From Podarcis filfolensis (Eukaryota), in the NCBI GenBank assembly GCA_964270895.1, contig OZ185435.1: a stretch of DNA of 64,000 nucleotides; one strand, 5' to 3'. Both the position numbers and the translations under genes were made by a program. This document shows positions 48,973 to 58,468 of the stretch, piece after piece (position 1 is the stretch's first letter; every line of letters begins with the position of its first letter). Below the pieces are notes generated by a model. The model saw only the letters and a program-made list of their open reading frames with translations, had not been told where the DNA came from and searched no databases.

Positions 48973-50271
48973 TAATGCCTTAGCAAACACCACAATCAGC
49001 ACTAAGATCAGGACCCTCTGAACCAGCAACTAAACTCAGCCTTCCTTGTTTTCTAAACTGGCAAAATGGCGGCCAGACTCAAAGTGAAGATGTGAACAGA
49101 ATCACCAGTAGGCGAAATAGCATCTGGCCAGCTGGTTGCAGTGCTTACACTTGTTACAAATCTTATCAAGTAATAGTTTACCGCAGTGTGGTGCTTGTCT
49201 GTAAGGTTTTCCGCGGAGTTGAAGAGAGATTAATCACATGCTTGTATTTATTCAAACATTTATCTGCATCTAGATTGGTAAAGTTCTTCCCACTTGACTT
49301 GACCAGAGAACCAAACTACCTCAGCAACAGCTCTCTCACTTTACCATAGATTAGCCACCAGTATCACTATGCAACATGGTGTATTTTGTCATACTTGAAA
49401 AGTTGGTTTCAATAAAGGATGTAGCAGAATGTGCCATTAAATTGCTGTCTGTATTCACCCAGCCAGTGGTAAGTGTCTAACACTTACATTTGCACTGTAG
49501 TACTTTATCCAATCATCATAATGTTCAAAATCAGGATAAACCTTTTTTCCTGTCATATAAGGTAGGCATGTGGCTGTGACACCAAACCATGGTTTGTCCT
49601 AACCACAGTTTAGCAACAACAAACTATGGCTTCGATTCCAAACAGGGGTGCCAAATTAGGGGGGCTGGGGGCCAAGGGCCTCAACAAAATTTTCAAGGAG
49701 GGGGCCTAGCCCCCTCAAAATTCCACAACAGCCATGTGCATACGCTGTGCAACGTACTTACACCCAGCACGTGGCGTGCTCACATCACAGGGTGGGGGGC
49801 AAGTCGGCACGCTTGGTTCCAAAAGTGCAACAGGGAAACTGTGCTTTAAGGCCCTTTTCTGAGTTTCATGCTTTCTAGCATAGAAATACAAATCCCTCAG
49901 CAGGTCTGTTTGAGCTGAGGTTAACACCCAGGACCTGGGAGAAAAAGACAACCAAATAAGTGACATGTTAAGTCAACACAATTTAGCGCAACCAACATTA
50001 TGAGTCAATTTGGAACCCTCGGTGGGGGAGGACAGAGAGCAAAAAGCAAGATTGTTCTGAGAGTTCTCAACAAAAAGTAATACTTGCAATTGATTACCCA
50101 TTTTCAAATCAAGCTGAGAAGAGTTTTCCCATCAGTAATTTGGATTTGTTTTGATAAACATATTCCTTGCCTACGAGGCATCCTTTGACATGGGAAACAT
50201 TGTTCCTTCATTTTGAAAGTGGCATGCTATAATCTGATAATGGCACACTATTATCTGGCTCATTTTGTATA

Positions 50272-50273
<2 letters not shown>

Positions 50274-50309
<36 letters not shown>

Positions 50310-50338
50310 ACGCACGCGCGCGCACACACACACACACA
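50274..50338. repeat. (TG)n-(CG)n-(CA)n inverted dinucleotide array
   Basis: GTGTGT...GCACGCACGCGCGCGCACACACA; alternating purine-pyrimidine and self-complementary. Confidence 0.9.
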
Positions 50339-50394
50339 ATACACACTACTGCATTTCTTTCCCATCCTTCCTCCATGGAACTAGAGTCAACAAA

Positions 50395-50525
50395 ATCAGT
50401 CTCACCCTCCGCATATTATACCCTCAACAGGAAGATTGTGATGAGGGATAGGAACTGACCTGAGACCACTAGTGAGCCTTCTGGCTAGGTAGGGATTTGA
50501 ACCCCAGCTTCCCAGTCTAACCCTG
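50395..50525 (-). mobile_element. Degenerate MIR/CORE-like SINE
   Basis: TATACCCTCAACAGG..GTGATGAGGG..CTGACCTGAGACCACTAGTGAG..GGGATTTGAACCCCAGCTTCCCAGTCTAA. Confidence 0.5.
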
Positions 50526-50701
50526 TCAGAAAAGTTAGGCTGTGAGATGGTGAGATAGGTAACCCCAGAAAGTTCCATACCTGAGCAAGAATTCACATTT
50601 GGGGGTTTTTTGGTCCAAGTCACTGTTGAAATGGAAATGGAACTGATAACTATGACTCTCTTGATTGAGATGATATGATTCGGAAACATGGAAATTTTGA
50701 G

Positions 50702-50908
50702 CAGTATCAGATTAAACCCTGTGGAGGCCCCTTGGCAGTCAAATTCTGGGGGGGGGGGGAGGCTTGCAAATTATCTCCTAAAACTTTTTTTTTGTAATTT
50801 TCTTTCAAGATCAAATCAATATTATTTTGATCCATTGTCACGGGACCCCTAAAAGGCATGGGGCCCATAGGCCAGTGCCTACTCTGCCTATCTGGTAATC
50901 CGGCACTG
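50702..50908. mobile_element. hAT-type MITE
   Basis: TIRs CAGTATCAGATTA / TAATCCGGCACTG; perfect 8-bp TSD ATTTTGAG (50694-50701, 50909-50916). Confidence 0.85.
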
Positions 50909-51854
50909 ATTTTGAGGCTTCATAATATTTCTGGATTCCCACCTTCTGGGGGATGGCTAACTCTCATGTAGGACCCTCTGACAAGGTCCAGTTCAGCTTT
51001 GGCTTGTTCCAGTTTATATGCCAGGGGAAAGTACATCTGTCTGCCCAGCAGAAGTAGTCCTGTTAGGTGTGATGGTAACACACTGCAATATTTAGTTGCT
51101 ATTCCCTCTTGTAAGTGCCTAAGGAACATCTTACACTGAAACAATAAATGTATCATAGTTATAAAGTTTAAAACAAAGTATAGCAAGTACCAGAAAAACT
51201 CGATTACCGTTGGCAATCTTGCTTTGGATGCCTTTTATTAAGTGGTTTCTATAACTTAACAGTAAGAATTGATTTGTAACCACTAATCATTTTGCTTCCA
51301 AATTGTCAACTGCATCTCATCTCTTGCAGAATCTAATTATTAATCGTATACAAAGGGAGATGACAAACATGCTGCTATAATCACGTTGATTATATCATGG
51401 CAAAATTGAAACATTTTCACTTGATCTATTAATCAATATGGTTAGCAGTGTTGCTCAGAGCTCATTAAATGTTCATTGCAGCTCAGGAAAAAAAAGATTA
51501 ACTATAAATATTTCAGCAAAATAGAATTTTTTACATGAGAACAAGAGGGCATTGTTAATCTCTTATTTATTATAGTTAACACTCTATAAACTCTTCCTTG
51601 GTGGCAAATGGAAATGGAGCCCTTCTTGGGCTTGATATTTTGGGATTGGAATTAACAAACAGGAACAATGGGGAGAAACAATAGCTTTGAAAACAGCTGT
51701 GCTCCACATCTGCACAGGGAAGATTTTTGGAAATAAAGAAAAATGTTCAGAGTTGTTTTCCCCCCTCACTGCTTAGCAGTGAAAATTCTCTCTGCCTACT
51801 TCAAAATCTATATTGTTGATCGTTTACTAGCAGTACATGTGAAAAGGATATAGG

Positions 51855-52215
51855 GGTCTTGATGGACCACAAGCTTAACATGAGTCATCAGAAAGAAAGC
51901 AAAAAAAAAAAGCAAATGCTATTCTAGGCTGCATCAACAGAAGTATAGTGTCCAGATCAAGGTAAGGAATAGTATCACTCTATTCTGCTTCGGTAAGACC
52001 ACACCTGGAATATTGTGTCCAATTCTGGGCACCACAATTTAAGAAGGACGTTGACAAGCTGGAACGTGTGCAGAGGAGGGCAACCAAGATGATCAAGGGT
52101 CTGGAAACCAAGCCTTATGAGGGAGTTGGGGATGTTTAGCCTGGGAAAGAGGAGACTGAGAGGAGGCATGATAGCCAAGAACTGTCAAATGGAAGCGGGA
52201 ACAAGCTTGCTTCCT
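51855..52215 (+). mobile_element. CR1 LINE reverse-transcriptase 3' fragment
   Basis: GCAAATGCTATTCTAGGCTGCATCAACAGAAGTATAGTGTCCAGATCAAGG (ANAILGCINRSIVSRS) and CCACACCTGGAATATTGTGTCCAATTCTGGGCACCACAATTTAAGAAGGAC ([17 protein letters not shown]). Confidence 0.9.
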
Positions 52216-52534
52216 CAACTACCTGGCAGTTAGAAAGACAAAGAGCAGAGCTGAGGTGTGAGCTAGAAGCTAGAAGCAGGCTGGGAAGCCAGAGAGACAG
52301 AGGCATGCCTGATCTCTGCTTGAATCCAAGGCTGCGGCTAGGGGAAATGCAATATCCTCTTGGATGCTGTGAGCCCCTCCATTGTAGGTTCAGGTTGTCT
52401 ACATGTGTAAATAAATCATATATCATAAAAACACCAGTCTCCACTGTTCATCATTCAGAGGAAACCAAACCTTGAGGAAGAGCCTGGAACCTCTGAAAAC
52501 TCACACAGCTCAGAGAGTGGGGTGGGGTGCAACA
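52216..52534 (+). mobile_element. Probable partial LTR (3' portion)
   Basis: TGTAAATAAATCATAT polyA-signal region and terminal GTGCAACA; it abuts the CR1 fragment. No 5' TG or TSD seen. Confidence 0.45.
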
Positions 52535-52862
52535 ACACAATCCATGCGGTCTGAAGGGGGCTTCAGTTGAACACACTTGGAAGCCTCCCTCACAATTGGT
52601 AAATCCATATTATCAGGGTTCCCAAGCAGACAGATGTTTCTCTAAGCACTCTGATGCATTCACTTCAAACTCCTCTTCAGAGCTTCGGTTAGAAGTAAAG
52701 CCAGTGAGGCTAGAAATGCGGGGCTGCGCCAGCACTCCTCCACCACCACTTAAGTTGATTTTAAAAAACTGAATAGGGGTGCTTATTCTTAAGGATGAGG
52801 ACTGGGCTACATACACACTATATACTTTTAAAGTGAATTCAAAGCACATTCCTTCCCTCAGA

Positions 52863-52865
<3 letters not shown>

Positions 52866-52914
<49 letters not shown>

Positions 52915-53021
52915 TTATTTATACCCCACCCATCTGGCTGGGTTTCTCCAGCCACTCTGGGCGGCTTCCAACAAAACACTAAAATACAATAACCTGTTAA
53001 ACATTAAAAGCTTCCCTAAAC
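52866..53021 (-). mobile_element. L2 3' tail with (ATT)n, nested in the palindrome
   Basis: (AAT)n followed by TTTATTTATACCCCACCCATCTGGCTGGGTTTCTCCAGCCACTCTGGGCGGCTTCCAAC. Confidence 0.8.
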
Positions 53022-53181
53022 ATTCTGAGCACTGTAGTTTTATCCCTCACAGAGTTAAAATTTCCTTGACAAACTACACTACCCAGAATTCCCTGTGGGA
53101 GGGAATGTGCTTTGAATGTGCTTTACAGGTATAGCATGTAGGCAGCCTAATTCTCATCCTTAAGAATAAGCAATCCTATTC

Positions 53182-53345
53182 TAGGGTTGCCATATATCCG
53201 GAATTTCCAGGACATTGCCGGGATTTGACCGCCAAAAACAGTGACCAGGCAGAAATCGCTTAAATGTCTGGGGAAACCCAGATGTATGGCAACCCATGTC
53301 GGAAGTGTGTCCGGATTTTCACCTTTTTAAAATATGGCAACCCTA
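53182..53345. mobile_element. hAT MITE (TAGGGTTGCCA termini)
   Basis: TAGGGTTGCCATAT...ATATGGCAACCCTA with a perfect 8-bp TSD TCCTATTC (53174-53181, 53346-53353). Confidence 0.92.
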
Positions 53346-53575
53346 TCCTATTCAGCTTTTCAGGAATCCAGACTAGAACCATCATTTAAAGCAGGACATG
53401 GGGTATTAAGATTTACAGAATGGACCCAGAACTTTCTGTTTTCTAGAGGTTCCTGAGCCAGCACCACAAATGAATACAGACCTGTTGGGCAGGACGGAGT
53501 AACGTTGTTTTGTTCCCTTCCTCATTTGGAACATGAAGGTTCCACCTAGTTTCAATGACTTGTGGGCATCCATAG

Positions 53576-53709
53576 ACCTGATGGGAAAGCTGTGGCCCCC
53601 TAGATGGGGCTAGACTACAGATCCTCCCTGACCATTGGCCATACTGGCTGGGGCTGATGGGAGTTGGGGTCCAATAACATCTGGAGGGGCCACAGCTTCC
53701 CCATCCCTG
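53576..53709. mobile_element. Palindromic MITE abutting the assembly gap
   Basis: GATGGGAAAGCTGTGGCCCCCTAGATG...CATCTGGAGGGGCCACAGCTTCCCCATCCCTG. Confidence 0.7.
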
Positions 53710-53712
53710 AAC

Positions 53713-53873
53713 NNNNNNNNNNNNNNNNNNNNNNNNNNNNNNNNNNNNNNNNNNNNNNNNNNNNNNNNNNNNNNNNNNNNNNNNNNNNNNNNNNNNNNNN
53801 NNNNNNNNNNNNNNNNNNNNNNNNNNNNNNNNNNNNNNNNNNNNNNNNNNNNNNNNNNNNNNNNNNNNNNNNN
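53713..53873. other. Assembly gap (161 N)
   Basis: Run of N. Confidence 1.
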
Positions 53874-55001
53874 CACAACATTTCATGGTAGTGGATTCCA
53901 TTCATTAATGATGTCTTGACAAATGAAAGAAATATTTCTTCAGACAAGGTTCTGCACCATTTTGCATTCTTATCCCGGAATGTGCGTCGCAAGAGAAACC
54001 TGGGTAATTGAAAAGTGCAGTGAATTTGACTCACGCTGCCTGGAGCCCTGGCAACAACTATTTAACTCAAGTGTTTGAAAAAGATTGGAGGGGAAAAATG
54101 GTCAAAACAAAACAAACCAAACAAAAGTACACACGGAAAGAAAGAGAAAATGCTTGTTCTCATTGAAGATTCAGGACAAGTGCTTGCAGGTCTCTAAGTA
54201 AAGCCAGCAATCCATCTGTGAATATTGCCTCTAATAAGCCCGTGGTACAAACTCGGAACGATTGGGTGCAGAGAGAAATGGAACTCATTTTAATAGTTAC
54301 TTTTCTATAACAAAGGAGGAGAACGGGGCCAACGAGAATTTCACCATGGGGATGACTTAGCAGCGCAGTGTGGGATATGCAAATAACAGTGTGTGTTAGG
54401 CATCACCTTAATTTCAGGGTCCCGCTACCTGCCACAGTCGCCTGCAGCATGGCTTTATCTAAATGCGCAGAACAGCTGAGCTTGGAATGGAGGGTGAGAG
54501 CAAAGAATACCGTGAGGGACAGCTGCAGTAATGTGTTTACAGGTTCTGTAAAGCAGTATCTCGCCCGTGCAGCTGTTTAAAATCCTGATAGCCTTTGCTG
54601 AGCACAGTACCTTTGGGAGCACATCAGCCTGTGATGTCTACCGCAGCCAGTTCATTTTGCATTATTAGATTCTCGGCTAAAGAAACTAGACACTAGGAAT
54701 GCAGCTAATTCTCTAATCCTTTGCTGGCACTCCCTACAGGACCAGTGAGAGACCAGTGGCGTGAACTTCGGAGGGTCACATTACTCTTTAATCAGAGCTG
54801 CTTCTCATATTAACCTCTGCAGAAATGAGATGCTTATCGTGCCCCACTCCCACTGCCGTCTCACACAAAGAACATGGACGCATAATATGCAGCTGGTGTT
54901 TTAACAGACCCAAGAACAGCCAGGTTGAATGTAGAAGGTCCATAGCTCTGTGGTAAAGGGCTCTGTGCTTTCCATGCAGAAAAGAAAGGTTTGTTTCCAA
55001 T

Positions 55002-55141
55002 CAGTGCTTTTTTTCTAAAAAAAAATATGTTTAGGGGTACTCTCATTTTCCTACATATACTGAGGCCAATGAGGCCAAACTTAGATTCACAAAATGTTTA
55101 GGGGCATGCGTCCCTCTGCGACCCTCCAGAAAAAAGGACTG
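55002..55141. mobile_element. hAT-type MITE (CAGTGCTTTT termini)
   Basis: CAGTGCTTTTTTTCT / AGAAAAAAGGACTG; TSD TTTCCAAT/GTTCCAAG (6/8). Confidence 0.75.
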
Positions 55142-55233
55142 GTTCCAAGTATCTCCAAGTCAGACTTAGAATGTCTCCTGTCTGAAATCACGGAGAGCCA
55201 CTGATGCTCAGCATAGACAATGTTGAGCTAGAC

Positions 55234-55363
55234 CAGTGTTTCCCAAACTTGGGTGTCCAGCTGGACTACAGTTCCCATCATCCCTGACCACTGGTCCTGC
55301 TAGCTAGGGATGATGGGAGTTGTAGTCCAAAAATAGCTGGAGACCCAAGCTTGGGAAACCCTG
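55234..55363. mobile_element. Palindromic hAT-type MITE
   Basis: CAGTGTTTCCCAAACTTGGG...CCCAAGCTTGGGAAACCCTG; TSD AGCTAGAC/AGCTTGAT (6/8). Confidence 0.85.
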
Positions 55364-56593
55364 AGCTTGATGGACCAATGGTTTGGCTCAGTAGAAAGCA
55401 ACTTCTAACGTTCCCACAGATGGAGGCAGAGCACCAACAGCATGTCAAGATGCTGGCAGTTGTATGCCAGGCTGTAATGAAATTACAGTAATAATAATAA
55501 TTTATTTGGGGTGTCCAGGTTTTTACTTTTTGAAATATGGCAACCCTAATATATGCAAAATATTTAATCATTGTGACTCACTTTTTTGTGAAATGTAATA
55601 TACCTTTCTTTCCTACTCATAAGTAAAGAGGAGTCTTCTACATCATTTCCTCTGAGTAAGAATTTTAGGCCTGCAACCAATTCCTCCCTCCCCCCGCCCC
55701 TCTCTCTGATCCATTACCACTGCAATGTCTTCTATTCTGAAGCTTTCAAGGTCTCAGTAGACAATTACAGCAAAAAGGCACCCCTACACATAGCAATTTT
55801 TCTTTCACAGCATGGAGGCCATGTAGTTTGAAATAAGGAAGTTATAGTAACAGGCATTGAGGTTGCAGGTGAAGAAGGGAGGATAAAATGCCAAATAATA
55901 TCTGTTTCACCACACATTATCATCATCATCTTTCTTTATAGATATATAGCTAGATCTAGAAGGACAACACTTTTTCTTTCATCTAAAAATAATTCCTATC
56001 CCCCAAATGTATAAGTAATTAGCAGAGATGAATATGCAAGCTTTAAATGGACTGCTTCTCCCTCAGGCTTTCCCCCTTCTGACCCCATATTCGAGAAAGC
56101 AGACAAAACTTGGCAACATGGATCATATCCATCATCTTCATTGGCTCCTGTCCAGATAACCTTGCATGCAGCGCTGTGCTCTGTGCAGAGCAGATGGTTG
56201 GCACTGTCAAAGATGACAGCGCCAATCACCTGTTGGAGGTGGAGGAGAGCGAGGGAGATGGAATCCTGCTTCCCCTCCCCTTCCTCTCTCAAACAGGTGC
56301 ACCAACACTGCCCAAAGTCACACCAAGCCGAGTGTTCGGCAATGGTACCAGATCTAGTAAATCAAGCAAAGCCCTTTGAGTGGAGGCTAGCCCATTTGTA
56401 GAAATAGGTTCTCCTATGCCCTGAACTTGGTACAGAAACCTTTGCTCTTCCAGATGTTGCTGTACTACAACTCAACAGCCCCAGCAAGCATGGCCAACAG
56501 CCAGGATTGATGGGAGTTGTAGGTCTGGAGCTCCCCACACCTGTCCTAAATAAAAAAAGAAAGAAAGATTTCAATATATTAAGTTACTGGGGG

Positions 56594-56594
<1 letters not shown>

Positions 56595-56632
<38 letters not shown>
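56595..56632. repeat. (TG)n microsatellite
   Basis: Directly visible. Confidence 0.95.
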
Positions 56633-56634
<2 letters not shown>

Positions 56635-56759
56635 CGTGTTCTAGTAAGTGGTCTTGTAGGTGATCTGAAACAATATCATGTTGTTTATGCACCCTGAAAA
56701 CTGTTCTGCCAATCTTTCCCAGCTGCTAATGATAGTGTTCCTGGCTGATGTTTTTCCTA

Positions 56760-56900
56760 GAACCATAGACTCATAGAATTGTAGATATGAAAGGGACCCC
56801 AAGGGTCATCTAGTCCAGCCCCCTGCAATGCAGAAATCTCAGCTAAAGCATCCATGACAGGTGGCCATCCAACCTCTGCTTAAAAACCTCCAAGGAAAAG
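56760..56900 (-). mobile_element. CR1 LINE 3' end
   Basis: CATAGACTCATAGAATTGTAG..GGGACCCCAAGGGTCATCTAGTCCAGCCCCCTGCAATGCAG..CCAACCTCTGCTTAAAAACCTCCAAGG. Confidence 0.85.
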
Positions 56901-56986
56901 AATGGCTCTCTGGTGCTTTATTTGTTGTTGCTGTTGTTAATGGCTGCTGCTACTACTGTGTGTATTTTTAATAGACACATGGCATC

Positions 56987-57312
56987 TGAAATATACTCGG
57001 AGTTGAGAGTGGATTTCATGCTCTTCATTCAGCTCATAGTGGTGAGGAGGAATGAATGTTCCCCCAAAATATCTGCTTTATATACATTATTTACACAATG
57101 GGCCGCACGTGATTGGCTAATTCTGGGATTCACCTGTAGGCCAATCAGGTTGCGGATTCACTTCCACCTGGAGCTGGATTGGGTGGCTCCTGCGGACCAA
57201 TCATACTGCTGCATTGTTCTAGGACCAATCAGACTGCTGCATTCTGAATCCTATTGTTCTAGGACCAATCAGACTGCTGCATTTTGGATCCTATTCAACT
57301 CAGTACATAACA
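56987..57312 (-). mobile_element. Solo LTR with tandem CCAAT boxes
   Basis: TG...CA termini; perfect 5-bp TSD GCATC (56982-56986, 57313-57317); minus-strand TATATAAA; repeated GGACCAATCAGACTGCTGCATT units. Confidence 0.9.
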
Positions 57313-57642
57313 GCATCAAAAATCTAATTTAAATGAACTAGAATTAATGGTAATTCATTAACTTGCTTTGGTATGCATACATAATTTAAGATGACATGTG
57401 GTTTCCCTTCTATCATTTTCATTTGCCTTCTACTTTCATACGTATTTCAAGATGGCCATTTTAGCAAGTCATTTTGTTTGCTTGAAGGGGTATTCTAATT
57501 TCTATTCTAGACTGGAGACATCCTCATGTGCCCCAAATGCAATGAAAGCATATGTGCATACAGCTTCCCACACTTCTCCTAACCAAGCAAACGTATGAAA
57601 CAAAACACAATACCATCCAGATCAACAGGAAGCACTGGGCCC

Positions 57643-58064
57643 TTGTTGTTGTTGTTGTTTAGTCACTTAGTCGTGTCCGACTCTTCATGACCCCATGGAC
57701 CAGAGCACGCCAGGCACTCCTGTCTTGCACTGCCTCCCGCAGTTTGGTCAGACTCATACTGGTAGCCTCGAGAACACTGTCCAACCATCTCGTCCTCTGT
57801 CGTCCTCTTCTCCTTGTGCCCTCCATCTTTCCCAACATCAGGGTCTTTTCCAGGGAGTCTTCTCTTCTCATGAGGTGGCCAAAGTATTGGAATCTCAGCT
57901 TCAGGATCTGTCCTTCCAGTGAGCACTCAGGGCTGATTTCCTTAAGAATGGATAGGTTTGATCTTCTTGCAGTCCATGGGACTCTCAAGAGTCTCCTCCA
58001 GCACCATAATTCAAAAGCATCAATTCTTCGGCGATCAGCCTTCTTTATGGTCCAGCTCTCACAT
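57643..58064 (-). mobile_element. Bov-B (RTE clade) LINE, 5'-truncated 3' end
   Basis: Uninterrupted frame 58063->57659: CESWTIKKADRRRIDAFELWCWRRLLRVPWTARRSN...YFGHLMRREDSLEKTLMLGK...RGRQRTRWLD...VHGVMKSRTRLSD*, then a (CAA)n tail. Confidence 0.97.
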
Positions 58065-58279
58065 ACACAAATATTTCATTCTGCTTTTCCTTCCTCTCCT
58101 TTTACAGTGTAATCTTTCCATCATTCCATTCATTTGGCCATCAAACCAACATCAAACAAGTGTATTTAGTCCTTTTTGACAAGAGTGCTTCCAGGGACAA
58201 GCCAGCCAAACCCTTCAAGTAGTGTTTTCCACTTACCAAGCATGCAGGCATCTCTCCTTTTTTGCTTTTCAGAAACCTG

Positions 58280-58468
58280 GGGTGGATCTACACACGGGGG
58301 GGGGGGGGGACCGCTATAAGTAAGTCAGAAATTAAGTCGTTATAACAAAAGAAAGAAAATGCTATGGGAAATCACGAAGAATTTTTTTGCTCTCTAGAGC
58401 CATCTGGTGTTGCATGTTTATAACCAAGTGCTGTGGTGGTTGTTGTTTTGCTAATGTAGCTGAGTCCC
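58280..58468. mobile_element. PIF/Harbinger-like MITE, copy 3
   Basis: GGGTGGATCTACAC...TGTAGCTGAGTCCC with a 3-bp TSD CTG (58277-58279, 58469-58471). Confidence 0.75.

Larger units (their letters stand above)
52765..53358. mobile_element. Large palindromic Harbinger-like MITE, host to two nested insertions
   Basis: Left arm CTGAATAGGGGTGCTTATTCTTAAGGATGAGGACTGGGCTACATAC..TTCAAAGCACATTCCTTCCC pairs with right arm GGGAGGGAATGTGCTTTGAA..CATGTAGGCAGCCTAATTCTCATCCTTAAGAATAAGCAATCCTATTC[..]AG. Confidence 0.7.
54934..55414 (+). mobile_element. tRNA-head SINE (TATGTTCC-tail family) split by two MITEs
   Basis: Head CATAGCTCTGTGGTA..CATGCAGAA, body CTGAAATCACGGAGAGCCACTG..GACAATGTTGAGCTAGA, tail TGGACCAATGGTTTGGCTCAGTAGAAAGCAACTTCTAACGTTCC. 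Confidence 0.75.

Noticed and set aside
49463-49487. 6-nt microexon CCCAG|CCAGTG|GTAAGT
   Set aside because: The donor is one arm of a perfect hairpin (GTAAGTGT-CTA-ACACTTAC) that looks like a palindromic MITE remnant, which explains the motif.
55996-56401. Overlapping ORFs on both strands sharing DSANHLL
   Set aside because: The shared peptide is an artefact of the DNA hairpin at 56189-56234; no protein family recognised.
57190-57295. CRISPR-like repeat-spacer pattern (GGACCAATCAGACTGCTGCATT units)
   Set aside because: Irregular tandem duplications inside a TSD-flanked LTR in a vertebrate context; no unique spacers or cas genes.
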